Part shown: positions 1-13,130 of the stretch, piece by piece
How the letters are laid out: every line of letters begins with the position of its first letter
Numbering within the stretch: position 1 is the stretch's first letter
DNA from: Lama guanicoe
Lineage: Eukaryota
Assembly: GCA_013239625.1 (NCBI GenBank)
Contig: MU054220.1
Location: forward strand, 744,848 to 808,847
DNA length: 64,000 nt
Direction of reading: 5' to 3'
The notes under the pieces: model-generated
The model's database searches: none
Told to the model about the DNA's origin: nothing
Seen by the model: only the letters and a program-made list of their open reading frames with translations
Program-made: the position numbers and the translations under genes

Positions 1-109
1 TATGTATGTATGTATGTATGTATGTATGTATTAATGGAGGTACTGGGGATTGAACCCAGGACCTTGTGCATGCTAGGTACACACTCTACCACTGAGCTAT
101 ACCCTCCCC
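1..109 (-). mobile_element. tRNA-derived SINE (camelid Vic-1-like) with (CATA)n tail, tail truncated by the window edge
   Basis: The reverse complement of 35-109 reads GGGGAGGGTATAGCTCAGTGGTAGAG...GGTCCTGGGTTCAATCCCCAGTACCTCCA, with A-box and B-box motifs, followed by a (TATG)n tail at 1-31. Resembles the camelid Vic-1 SINE (from recall). Confidence 0.85.
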
Positions 110-1614
110 ACTTCCTTGTCTTGATAGAAGACTTCAACTAAAACGCCACCAGTGGGAATCTACTACTCTGAAAATCTTGCAAGGGTAGAATCAAAGTGTA
201 GCATCTGTGATCAGTGATAAACTGTTTGAGATTTATTAGCTTTGAAATTTACAGAATCTGAAAAAAACAGATGATGCATATGTGTCCCTAGAATTCATTC
301 CACTCCCACATGGAGAAATAGATAATCTTTTTCTCAAGTGAAAAATTTCTAAAGTTCTTGGTACAATAAAATTAATACAAATTTAGTCATCTTAATAAAT
401 GTAATTATTTATAAATAGAAATAGAAGTTACCAATAAGCAAAATATTCAATTTGAATTTTATACATGGATAAAAATACAGTTAAGAAAATAAACTGAATT
501 AAGATTCCTAGGGATCATATAATTAGAGACTTCAGTGTTGATGGATGGTGACAAAAAGTGATATCCATTCCCTTGCATAAATTTTCATCCCAATATCTGT
601 CTTTCTTGACTTATTCTTTTTTTCTGGATTGTATTAAAAGACAATAATTTATATCTGTGATGTAACTATCTTCCAAAGTCTAAAAACCCTCGTCTGAGTT
701 ATAACACTCTTTCTTTAATTTATGTTCAAATATCTCACCAACATCTACATGTATTCCTTACTTCTGGCTCACATAAATATATCTACCTTAGTGCAGAACA
801 TCTATGCTACAATCATAATAATCTAATACTATAAACAAATTATTATAATGGTGTGATTCAAGAGAAAATTTAATACCTCCTACAAATCTGAAGGGGTTAT
901 TTCAAGAGCAAAATCTAGTTTTTACAAAAATAAAATTAAAATGAAGTCAACCTCAACAGTCAGAACCTTCCTAAGAAAAAAAGACTCCTACAAAAGGGTG
1001 AAATTTCTCATCAAATCCTGTAACTGTTCTAGAAGGATCTAGGTAAACAGGATAAGAATTTGAAGTATAACCCCCACAAAGAAGGGGTATTACCGAGATT
1101 ATACATGTCGTCCCTTAACACATGAAAATTTTATAATTATTTGAACCTAGTGTTTCCTGCTGAGTTAAGAAAGACAACTAAGTTGAAGGTCCATGATCAG
1201 GAATGAGACCACAGTGTCCAATAAATAAGCTGTTAGGGAGGAAAACCTGTCAGGCTGTGGCTATGAGCTTATAGAAGGATAACTCTAAACAGAGAACACC
1301 GGAAGTCAATACAAAGAAGCGCAGGGAAAACTGATCAAAACCGCCGTGCTATTAGGCAGGACAGAGAGGCAGAGAACAGAAGTGAATATCGAAGGCAGTG
1401 TGTCTTACATGACTGTTTCTGCCCAGTGCTGTGTCTTCTTCTACATTAAACTGACTCAACACTAACCAGCATATGAGTTCACATTGCCTTTTTCCTAAAG
1501 AAACTAATTCTCATGCCTCTAGTTAGGGTTAGAGTAACTCTACAATAAGAAGATTTTCTCTATGGCTTTCTTTTAGAGCAATCAAAACTATGAAGAAAAG
1601 TTTGAAACTTCTAT

Positions 1615-2547
1615 TCATCTTTTGTCGTCTGAGATCAACTTTTTGCTCCACAATTTCCTCATGGCATTTTTCACTTCTGCATTTCTCAGTGTATATATTA
1701 GAGGGTTGATCAAAGGTGTTCCAAGTGTATAAAACACAGCTATCATCTTATCCATGGGGAAAGTGGTAGCAGGCCGTGTGTATATAAATATACAAGGACC
1801 AAAGAACAGGATGACCACGATGATGTGAGAGATGCAGGTGGAGAGGGCTTTTTTCCTCCCTTCAGCACTGTGGTTTCTCAGAGAATGCAGGATAACAACA
1901 TAGGAGACCATCAGCACAACAAAGCTCACTGTGCATATGGCCCCACTGTTGGACACCAGGAGTAGGTTGGTCACATAGGTATCAGCGCAGGCAAGTTTCA
2001 ACAGAGGCTGCAAGTCACATAAATAGTGATCAATCACATTGGGATGACAGAAAGGTAAACTCAAGGTCAGAAAAATCTGAGCTAAAGAATGCACACAGGA
2101 CCCCACCCAGGCCACAGCCACCAACACTCCGCAGACCCTGTGGCTCATGATGGTCGTGTAGTGCAGGGGCTTACAGATGGCCACATAGCGGTCAACAGCC
2201 ATGAGGATAAGGATAAAGATCTCCAGGCAGCCAAAGAAATGGAATGAAAAGACTTGGACTATACACTCATTGAAAGAGATGGTGGTCTTATTCAAAAGGA
2301 CATCCACAATCACTCTAGGGGCTGTGGAAGTAGAGAGGAAGGTATCAGATAAGGATAAGTGGAAAAGGAAGAAGTACATTGGACTCCCAAGTGCCCGGCT
2401 GGTCTTGATGGTAGTAATAATCAGAAAGTTACCCAACAATGTCCCCAGATAGAAAATCAAGAAAATGGCAAACACAATTTTCTTCCTAATGGGATCCTGG
2501 GTCAACCCAAGCAGAATGAACTCGGTCACATTATTGTTCAGCAGCAT
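1615..2547 (-). CDS. OR4C16: Olfactory receptor 4C16-like, intact 310-aa 7TM GPCR
   Basis: Intronless ORF with OR motifs [37 protein letters not shown] and NPLIYTLRN. The C-terminus KLWSKKLISDDKR closely matches recalled human OR4C16. Confidence 0.9.
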   Translation of the reverse strand: MLLNNNVTEFILLGLTQDPIRKKIVFAIFLIFYLGTLLGNFLIITTIKTSRALGSPMYFFLFHLSLSDTFLSTSTAPRVIVDVLLNKTTISFNECIVQVFSFHFFGCLEIFILILMAVDRYVAICKPLHYTTIMSHRVCGVLVAVAWVGSCVHSLAQIFLTLSLPFCHPNVIDHYLCDLQPLLKLACADTYVTNLLLVSNSGAICTVSFVVLMVSYVVILHSLRNHSAEGRKKALSTCISHIIVVILFFGPCIFIYTRPATTFPMDKMIAVFYTLGTPLINPLIYTLRNAEVKNAMRKLWSKKLISDDKR

Positions 2548-2590
2548 GATTTCATGAGCGAGGAGACAGGATGACTGTGAAATGGATTAT

Positions 2591-2610
2591 CTGCACACAC
2601 ACAAAAAAAT
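2591..2610 (-). promoter_or_regulatory. Candidate 3' splice acceptor of the OR4C16-like coding exon
   Basis: Minus strand reads ATTTTTTTGTGTGTGTGCAG|ATAATCC, about 43 nt before the ATG. This is the usual OR layout with 5' non-coding exons. Confidence 0.55.
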
Positions 2611-5600
2611 AATAATTAATTCATGATGTGATACATAGTTTTATGGAATATTTTAAGGAAAATAAGTATTTCTCATCATGGACAATTAATTGTAGTTTCT
2701 TAATAATTCGCTTCAATCCTTTGCTCCTTAATTTGTAATGACCACTTCATAGGATCTTTATGAGTCTCAAGTAAGCATGTGAGTGGTACACTTCCCACAG
2801 CACTTTTCAAATACAACTCTTTGTGGCTTTTACATGATTCTGGTTAATGTTGCTAATTCAATGAATATAAAGTTAAGAGATATGGCTCCATTTTATTAAC
2901 TTCATTAGTTTTCCACATTCAATAAATCTAGGGGCCATATTTGGATGTTGTATCAGTTGGCATTTTGGATCTATGTGGCTGCCTTTGGAAGTTCATAATA
3001 TAAATGTAAAATCACTGCCCACTCCCATCCCATAAAAATGTCTTCTTTATGTAGATATTTACATCATGTATTTGATATATTTATTTATAGAAACGTGTAT
3101 TTTTATACATATATATATGTCCCACTTCATTGTACACTCCTTTCCAGATATGACAGCTTAAAAGAGGAAGCACTAAAAATCTTGAAATAAAACACAAGTT
3201 ACTTTTAAACACCCTTATGATATTTTTTAATATTTGACATACACTTATCTAGGGAAGTGAATGTTTTTCAATAGTTGATAATATCTCAAATATCCCCATT
3301 TTTATTTTTCTTTCTCCAATTTCTGAAAAGCATCCTCTAAAAGATGCAAAGTTTTATAGGTTACATATAAATGAAAGGCAGGCATTAGCACTTGAAATTT
3401 CATACATTCACAATTCAAGTGTTTAGCTTGAGCATTTTATATCTGAAGTTGTTAGGGCAGATGTCACCAGGCAGTTTGTGTAGGATCAGATCATGGTCAT
3501 AATGCCCTGCAGAGTTTGTTTTATCCAGGTACCCGAAATCTCCACATACTTGTAACAGAGCAGAGTCAGAAAGGGAGGGAGAGATAGTTTTAGGTAAGAA
3601 GGATAGTGGATGGTCAGTAACTGACAATTCAATTTGTTTTCTGTCCTGGCAAAATCAATGACTATGACTATCCAACTTTAAAACTTCATTTCATTGAGTG
3701 AAGATTTTTAATTTTTTTTTTTTGAGATTTGGAAAGAGATATTATCATGGCTTCACTTCTAAGAACAAAATATTTCCCCTAGGTATTTCTTGTCAAGATG
3801 ATGTTGAAAAGAATTCAAATAAAAATATAAATGGAATGTGACCAATTTAAATATAATTTGGAAGACTTACCCCATAGTGTTTCACCTCAATCCCATCCAT
3901 ACCTTCATTGCATTGTCTTGAAAGTTGTGAGTGGTCAAAGCACAGACTATGATAGACCAGATAAACACAAAATATCCCTTATTTTTTTCTCTCCCCTGCT
4001 AAGTTTTCTTCCCTTCAGCAAAGTTGAAATATACCTTATGATCCTCCAGATAAGTAATTGCTCCCAGGAAAGTGTCTGAAGATGCTTTTTACTTTGTAAC
4101 TCCCAATTAAAACAAAAATCTCTTTGGACCCTGTAATCTTTGGTAAAGATCTTAAACTTCGAGGGAACTTAGTATCTTACTCGGTACAATAAGCTCATTC
4201 TGTCCTTAGTCATTTGAAAGAGTCATCCATCATGTAGTAATTGTACTTGTGAAAATATGGCCTGCATTTGTGGTCAACCCTTTGTATGGCTTTTGGTTTG
4301 TGTGTTATCAATCCCTTTAGACTGTCCATTTCTAGACTAACCCTATTTATAGATTAGGACATATATTTTTAAGATAAATTAAGAATCATAAATACATACA
4401 GTTTCACTAACTTGTTAGTAATTGTGAGTTTTCATCAAATATTCAATCAATAGCTTAATTAGTAGTCTCCACTGTTACTGCAATGTTGTTTTATTTCTAG
4501 CTACTTTTAACCGTCTCAAGACTTCAGAATCCAACGGCTAAGAAATCTCTTCTGAGAGCCTCCAGTGATTGCTTTGTGATAAAAGCAATTCTCTCTTCTG
4601 TTCTTCAATGGCTTCTTTCATAGCATTTCTTGTATTGTTACATACTATGCCTAAATTCAATTGTGTGGGCTTTCCTTGGCTTCTTTCTCAGAAGGAGAGT
4701 CTTTGAAAACTATCTAGTCTCAGGATAGTATTCTCTATAGTTCCAAACCTGATGGCTTGTGCAATGTAAGTGCTTTGTGTTTTTAAATTAAGCTTTCTTA
4801 ATTACTTCTTATAATAATTATCTGCTTGTTTTAGCACTATTCTGAATATAAAACGCATTCACATTATTAAACAACTTTGATCATCCACATATAATGTATG
4901 GTGAACAAACATGCCCCCAATTTATAAATCCAGAAAAAAATTGTGATACATTTTAAATAACTTAGCAAATCAGCTCTACAACCTGGAGTAGAAGATGCTG
5001 TACTTTGAATAGCACCACGTAGTGATGAAGATTTGAGACGCCGACACCTGTAAGAATGCTCATCTTGAATATTTAACATTTTTTTTTAACATGAATCCTA
5101 GACCCTTGAAGAATACAAGAAGTGCCCCGGCATTTTTTCCCATCCTCTTAATATTTTTACATGTTTTTGTGCATGCCTCTGTGTACGATCATATATCCAT
5201 TTTTTTCACTTTTTCCAGAGGTATAGTAACAATTTTCACCAGGTCCTCGAAGGAATCTGACACAAAAAACTGTGTTGCAGTGATCTGGAAATAAAATTGC
5301 CCTGGTAAAATAGCACATCTTCTAATAACTACTATACTTATCTCAACTTTTTGAACAAGTGTAGCCAACTTTAGAACAGCTAAGTTTGTCAAGACAATAA
5401 TGAAGAGATAAGGTGTTGAGTTAGGAGCCAACAGAGAAGAGCTGAAAGAAAACCACACAGAAAAGCTGGTGGGTAGATGAGGGTGGACTACAGACTGTTA
5501 GGTGGGTCCCTCTACCCTAAAAATCTGTCTTATTACAAAAGCCACAGTGAGAAGCATTGCTGTCCTTAGGACTCTCTTCAACTATCCAACCCTCCCTGAT

Positions 5601-6159
5601 TGGATCAATCCACATTTGTAAATTTGGAAGAATACCTACACTCATTTTATTTCTATGAAAAAAAAAATGTCCCTTTCTCTGTGGGAAGGTTAACAGTTTG
5701 TCCCAAGGTTCTTTATCCCTCAAAAGTCCACATTAAAGAATGATAAAACTCCCCTCCCACGTTCATCACACACCACCTCTCAGCTTCATTATTTGTTTCT
5801 TAGCCTCCACATTATCAAGTTTCCTCTGAACTTGCCATCAGGAGTAGCTATTCAGCTTTTCAAACTAAATCCCAGATGTGTGTCAGCTGTAACTCATATT
5901 TTAAAATAGCATTTTAGAAACATGCAGTGAGTAACAATTTAAATCTGTGATGTACAGCAGTTTATTTAAAGCTGTCTATTATATATGGAAAAGCTGGCAT
6001 TCTCCAGAAGTGAAGTCATAGTCTACTTTTTTCTGGGTTTTTTTTTTCCTTAAAGAAAGTAGGAGCAATATAAGCACAACACAAACAAATGTATGTTAAA
6101 ATGATCTTAGATTATTCTGTAACGACGCCTCTTTCAGTACAAAGCGGTAAGTATTCTGT

Positions 6160-6700
6160 CACTCACCTGCTAGAACACTCTACATTAGTGTCAAGTCTGT
6201 CCCTTTTTGAAAGCAGTTTTCCCATAGAATACTGAAAAAAACCCATCCGGTTCTGCATTCTAAAGGGAATATTTTAAGACAAAATGATGTAAGACATTAG
6301 CATGCTAGAGAGTAGTATTCCCTGAAGTTTCCCTACCTTAGCTAATCAGAAACATCCCAGATGTTGAAATACATTTAACTTTTGGTTTGTCCACTCAGCC
6401 TGTAGAAAAGCAGGTTAACCATCCTGCATTCAGGAACCAAATGCAGACAATCTTTTGAAGGTGTCAGGTCCCTCAGGCTGACCAAAGATACCACAGAAAA
6501 AGAGGAAAATACAAGTGGAAGGCAGAGAGGATGACAGAGAACAGGAAGAAGGTAAAACACTCTCTCTGGGGAAAGGAGATGTGGATCACCAGGAAGCCGC
6601 TCTGCTCCCACCTGGTGCCCCCGATGCCCCTCTGTGCTTTATGAGACAAACCTCACCAGCTCTTGTAACTTAACCGGAAGTACGTTCCAGGGGCGGCATC
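6160..6700 (-). promoter_or_regulatory. Candidate promoter and first non-coding exon of OR4C16-like
   Basis: Consensus donor CAG|GTGAGT (GT at 6166-6165 on minus) with several O/E (Ebf)-like sites upstream: TTCCCTGAAG ~6318, GTCCCTCAGG ~6468, TCTCTGGGGAA ~6563, TTCCAGGGG ~6685. Confidence 0.35.
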
Positions 6701-7023
6701 ACGGTGCCTGAGACCAGATGTTCTACTCTGTGTGCTATAACCATCCCTCACCAAGAACCCGTAGATCTTTAGTAAGTGGTCTGAGGAGTAAAATGTCTAC
6801 TGAGCATTGAGTAGCTAGCTCATATTTTTTCTAATTTTTTTCATTTGTTTTGCTAACTAATGTTAGTAAAAATTACCTTTATTAAAGTATACACCTTACT
6901 GATGTAATTTTACTCCACTGAGTATTGACTGAATGCCATTTCATATGAAAGAAATCTATAACTCACTACACTAAGTCTACTGATTTAGGACAGCAGATAA
7001 AAGCGAGGTCGGGCCTTGGGACA

Positions 7024-7502
7024 TGTCGGAGCCAGCCGACAATCGATCAGGTCCAGAAAACCTGTGCTGCAGGACTGAGAAAGAAAGATAAGACTAAAAG
7101 GTGGGGTTGAGAGGGTCTCACTCTAGCCCGCAAGACGCTAGGTCAAGAGTGGACGACGAGTTTATTTCTTGCAGTTAATTTATATGATTTTAACCCATTA
7201 GCTCATACATTCCTGCACGCAGGCAAAGGTATTGTTTTAAGGCACATTAACAACGTGTACTAAAATCATTAACTTGTATATTGTTACAGACATCATTATT
7301 GTTTACAGTTCTCGTAAAACTAAGATTGAGAGTTCCTGGAACCAGATGTTCCTTCTTAATGCATCTGGCACATTCCTCAAAGGGGTGGCGGGACAGAGAT
7401 TGTCCTTGAGAGATCAACCTCAGAGCCTGACGCCCTGCACTGTGGGAGTTTAGGCCCAACCTCTGTGCTCGGCAGTCCTCAGGTCATGAGTGGCCCCCCG
7501 CA
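7024..7502 (-). mobile_element. Young ERV solo LTR (class II/ERVK-like), 479 bp
   Basis: TG...CA termini and a perfect 6-bp TSD GGGACA (7018-7023 and 7503-7508). TATAAA (7184-7179) and AATAAA (7166-7161) lie on the minus strand. Many CpGs are retained. Confidence 0.85.
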
Positions 7503-9631
7503 GGGACACAACACGTACTCCTCCAGGAGTCTCTTCCACTGATGTGCCTCAATAGCACTTAGAATCAACAGAAATAGGACATTGAATCCCACCGAGCATC
7601 AGATGGGACTTTGAAAATGTCATGCTGTTCCCATAATAGGGTATGACATGTTTCATGATGTAGTGTGGAATGTAGCATCAATAAGGAAGATGCATTCAAT
7701 CCTTGGAGGACATTCACTATTTTGCTGAAAAATATCTAAATACTTCTGCAGATATATCCTGCCTGCCTCATAAGAATATTAAAGATGAGTTGTAAAAACT
7801 ATCTTAGTGGGCTCTGGTTGTTTTTTTGCCTGACAGAAGTCCAGTTTTCCTTCTCTGAGTTACTGAACCCTGATTTCCCTCTGAGAATCCATAAACTCTC
7901 CATTTTCAGTGCATACAAATAGGACTAGTGAGTGTTTCTCCCAAGGGAGGGAGAATGACTGCTGTATGGTTGATCAGAAGGTATTTCCCCAGACTGTAAT
8001 GATGGATCAGGAACATATTAACAAATGAGATGCAAACTAAATACTTTGGACCATTGAGAAAAGTTTTTTTTAATTTCCTAATAATTTCTCAAAGTATAGA
8101 CTCAGAACTCCTGCCTAATCTTACTACACATGGACAGAACCTGATTGAAAATGGAGTCAACAAAAAAGTAAGTAGAGCCAACACACAGAAGAAACCCATT
8201 CTGATGGTAAATTTTCAACTTGAGAATTCAACCATTTCCAGACTATTTTACCATCTTTTATTTTACTCATTTTATATTATTGCTTTTTTACATTTATGTA
8301 AATAAAGTGAATCCCAGTAAACTTGCTAACATCTCAAGAATGAAAATATTACTAATAATTAAATCTATTTTAATCCCTTTCCTCTCTACCCCCACCTCAC
8401 CCTAAAAGTAACTGATATCATGATCTTATCCTAAAAATTTATACATATATATTATATATTATATATATATATTCCCCCCCCCGGCTTTGAATTTTAAAGA
8501 ACTTAGCATCTTATATGCGAACTTCTAGGAATGGCTTTTATTTTTTCATTCAACACTACATTACTAAGTTTTTTATTGGTTATTGAATATAGTTGCAGAT
8601 TCCTTTTAACTGCTATATTATACTCCATTGTGTGATTATTTCAAAATGTGTTTATCTGTTATCCAGCCAGTGAATATTTGACTACTATGAACAGTAAGTA
8701 TGAGCATTTTTAAACATGTCTTTAATAAGTGTAACTCATAGGTTGCAGGATGTGTTGCAGGTTGCAGTATTAAGCTTTACAAAATAATATCATACATTTC
8801 AACAAGGGGCCCAAGAGATACAATTAATTACATGACAAAGAAGAGAACTGGAATATTTGTGAGCAGATCTAATAACCTTCACAGGATTAGCAAAGGATTA
8901 AGTGGAAGAATGTTCTAATTTGTTGTCATTTTAATTAAGACCATGGATAAAATTATAATATCCAAAACAACCTGAGTTTATATTTTTTTAATGTCAGTTT
9001 AAAAATGTCACTTTAACCTTGTCATATTTGTAACACAAGTTTCTGAATCCTAAAAATAGACCAGTGTCCTGTGTAGGGAAGAGAGTTTCTTTGCTGCAGA
9101 ATGACTTCCTCTTATTTATTAAATATTACTAAAAATATGTGGTCTGTAAATTTAGATTTGAGGTATATGGTGATGCTTCAGTTAGTGAGGAGCGTATTTA
9201 CAAAAACATTTCCATCTACTCCTACATACCTACATTGATTAAAGATGACTTGCAGAGTTTTGGGGAGGCATCGCAATGAAAGATCTTAGTGAACTGCATG
9301 ATATAAATTTCTTTGACCTCTAGAGTGTGGCCGGGACTCAGAAGCCTAGCCAAGTAGAGTAAGATCTTCCATTGGAAGAATGATGATGAGATGTATCGTC
9401 TTTACCCTCCCGTTTATTTGTAAAAGAGCTCTATTTAATAGATAAACTTCCAGGACCTTGGGTCCTAAGTGGACCTGGTAACTTCTAATGGAAGGCCCTG
9501 TCTACAAGTACTAAAACCTATAAGGAATTCTTAATATTGGTTGAAGAACTCAAAAAGGTGGCCTAATTAAAGATAGGTTTACCTTTATCCTATTTCATAA
9601 TTTAAAAATGCAGTATGAAGCGACGGTCGGG

Positions 9632-9965
9632 AGATGGGTAAGTGGAGCATAGAGGATTTTAAGAGCAGTGAAAACACTCCATATGATACTATAATGATGA
9701 ATGTACATCATTAACATTTGTCTAAACTCATGGAAGGTATAACATCAAGAGAGAATCCTAAGATAAACTATGGACTTTGGGAAATTATTGTGTGTACATG
9801 TAAGTTTATGAATTGGAACAAACGTGCCACTCTGGTGGGGGATGTTGATAATGGGTAAGGCTAAGCACATGTAGGGGCAGGGGGCATTTAGGATATGTCT
9901 GTACCTTCCTCTCAATTTTACTGTGAACATAAAGCTTCTCTAAAAAATAAAATATTTAAGAAAAA
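9632..9965 (+). mobile_element. Old L1 3' end fragment (L1MC-like)
   Basis: Typical L1MC 3' UTR motifs (GATACTATAATG, AAACTATGGACTTTGG, CTGTACCTTCCTCTCAATTTTACTGTGAAC) ending in an A-rich tail. Confidence 0.7.
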
Positions 9966-12431
9966 TTAATCCAGTATGATTTATTTGCTGATGCAGAGAC
10001 TTCTATATGCAAATGCCAAGTGTTTGTCTAGGGTGTAATTTCTTGGGGTCATGAGCTACACTGAGGCAATGACGATATATTCTTTCAATCAATCTTACTT
10101 ACAGATGCCTTGAAATTCCAGCCCCTGCCTTTGGCTAATAAAGCTGGGAAGGAAAAAGTGCATTCCCTGAGGTATGTGGCAAACTGTGGTCACTCTCTCC
10201 TTCCAACCTGGTCTCTTGGTCTCCAAGGCTGATGCAACATTTTAATTATTCAGAATCCTTGGTGCCAAAACCACTTCCACACTAACAGGCTGTTTTGTTT
10301 ATGAACTCCCCAGTGATAACTTATTTTAGCAACCAGTGGTTTCTTGGCAAGAAGCTTCAGAGATGAACACTACTCTTGAGCTACTGAAAATGGCTCCAAC
10401 TAGCAAGCCCCAATTCCCCCAACATAATGAAAGATTCTCTAAAGACATTACATCAGCCACCTTGAATGGTGTCTCTGTCTCCCGTGCCCTGACCAGTCAA
10501 GAACTGCGACTGAGGACTCTTTCATTTTTCCCATCTGTGAGTTCATGCCAGCTCTCTGCTTTTACACAGAGCATCTTCCTAAAATCACTCTTCACCCTTC
10601 TCCTGTCACTCAGAGCATGGGCACAGTACCACCTTCACATCCAAGACTGGGTGCCCCTTTTAACTCTCCATCATTTATATACATAACACATAAGGGTACC
10701 TTTTTAATGTGTAGACAATTGTTTTTCAAATTTAAGTATCTTGCAGAAAACTTTTAAGTAGGGATGCTCTGAAGTTCAGCTTCAACCTTGGTCTTCAGCC
10801 AACATTATTTATCAGCTTGGACTCCAGCATTTGAAAGGCTGAAATCTAAACGGCTACATCAGAGACGTCTCTGCCCTTCAGGGATGTGACCACATAGATT
10901 ACTGCCACGTCCAATCTGCATAATGGCACAATCACAGATTACTCACAGCATTCAGATTTATTGTTAATATATAAATATTTACTCTCAAATATTGGTGAAC
11001 ATTCTAGGTGTGATTCGGAGAGAATATCTTATTTGTTTCATTTTTTTCCACTTTGGTTTTCTTTGGATGTGAAACATTAAACAAATTGACATTCTTGTAA
11101 TACCAGTGATTATAATATTAACCTCATCTCCAAAACATGAACACAGACATGACAGCCACAGCTACAACTGACAGTTCATCACGTGAAAGACAAGCACAAA
11201 AAAGATCACAAAGCAAAAATGAAATTGCACAACTTTTTACTTTCTTCATTTTTTTTCAAACCTAACACCTCACTGACAAAGAATGGAATCTTATTATTTT
11301 TCTTGCCACAAACTAAGTAATAAAATTATCTGATAAGTCTTCCACAGTTGTGTAAATTTGGTGTGTGTGTGCATGCACACACATACAAAATCCCTTAAAG
11401 TATACGAAATTTCTCCTTAAAAAAATTTTTATTTATTGTTCACTTTGAACATTTTTATAGAATGACGACCATTGAAGGGGTCTTGGTGGATTCCTTTAAT
11501 GAGACATTGAATAGTTAGTAGAATAGGACAGGAAGGGGGAAAAGAAGAAAGAAATAGGATGGTTCAGGTTAAAAATGCACTCTTTAGAGGAAAGGAAAAT
11601 GAGCTTTTCCATGGAATCACCCAGGGATGCTGGATGCTTTAGCTTCCATTTTAGTGCCCATAAATATTTACAAAATGATCCTCCTGCATTTCAGCAGGAA
11701 CTGACCTAGAGTTCCCAATGCTGGAATATGAGTGAAGAACTAACAATTGCCAAAATTTCTATTCTTGCTTTGTGGTATCAGAGAAGGCTGCTGGTGCACC
11801 GGAGTCGGTAGAGAAGTCACTGTAATATCAGTGGTGCATGGTAAAGGGAACTCATTAGTGGTGTATGGTAAACATGTATAGTAAGCTTAACTCATCATGG
11901 GTGATCATCTGGAATCAGTTCTATGGGGAACATTTTATGGGGACCCAGGCCTCTGGGAACATAGGATCAGAGCCTCCTTCAACACCCCATAATTAGATAG
12001 TAAGAATCCATAATGAAATGTGTTCTTAGATGGGAGTTGATTTTGATTAGATTTGGAATCTTCATTATTTTGCTCTTGGTTATTTTGCAAACTCTAACCT
12101 CAGGGCCCACAGGTTCTTGGAAACAAAGCAAATGCCATTCAATATATATTTGGGCACTTCTGCTCCCAACCCAGTTGTCAAAGGCTGGACAAAAACCATG
12201 CCCATAGTTTGCATATTTACTTTCCAATATGAACAAAATGGTCTGGTTAAGAAGTATCTTATTACTTATCTTACTGGGGGACTGGTTAACGTGTAGGTGA
12301 ACTTGTGGAGAGCTGAGATGGTCGGGATGTTGGGGATCTTCAGGATGTCAGGCAAGATTAGTGATGTGAGAGGAAATAATTCCAGGAACTCACACAGGAC
12401 CTGGACTAGTTTGGGCTTCCTGCCCATCAGA

Positions 12432-13130
12432 ACAGAAAACTTCACAATTGAAAATACAGCAATAGAAACTATCCAAAATGAAAAACAAAGGAAAAAGAGA
12501 CTGAAAAACAAGGACAGAAAATATCAGTTAGCTGTGAAAAATTTTCAAACGGCCTAGCATATGAGTAATTGAAATCCTCGAAAAACAGAACAAGAAAAGC
12601 AACAGAAAAATATTTTTAAAAATAATAGCCACATTTTTTTCCAAATTTAATAATGTAAGTCCACAGATCCAATAATCCAATAAACCCGAGCACAAAAAAT
12701 CATGGAGAAAGTTACAAAAAAAAATGTGTTGTAATGCATTGGTCAAAAGCAGTGATAAAGAGAAAATGTTAGTAGCAACCAAAGAGGAAAAAAATAAAAA
12801 AGAACTTTATGTACAGTTTATGCCCAGAGGAATAAAGGTAAAACTTACAGTAGACTTCTCACCAGAAATAACATAAACCAGAAGACAGTGGAGTAACAGC
12901 TTTGAAGTATTCAAACAAAACTTGTCCACCTAAAATTCAATACTTATCAAAAATATTTTTCAAAACAAAGATACTCAGAAGCCAGGCAGTTCATCAACAC
13001 CCGACTGCAGTACAGGGAAGGTTAAGGACGTCCTCCAGTCAGAAGATGATACCAAATGGACATCCGGATCTGCTAAAAGGAATGAAACCCCCAAAGTGGT
13101 AACCATGTGTGTAAATACAAATAATAAGAT
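12432..13130 (+). mobile_element. Decayed L1 ORF1 fragment (ancient L1M)
   Basis: A-rich L1 ORF1-like motifs (ATAGAAACTATCCAAAATGAA, ACAGTAGACTTCTCACCAGAAA, CCAGAAGACAGTGGAG) with stops and frameshifts. Confidence 0.65.

Noticed and set aside
35..109. Possible tRNA gene
   Set aside because: It has a simple-repeat tail and a degenerate anticodon arm, and is better explained as a tRNA-derived SINE.
10336..10686. 116-aa ORF
   Set aside because: Non-ATG start, no recognisable domain, and a length compatible with chance.
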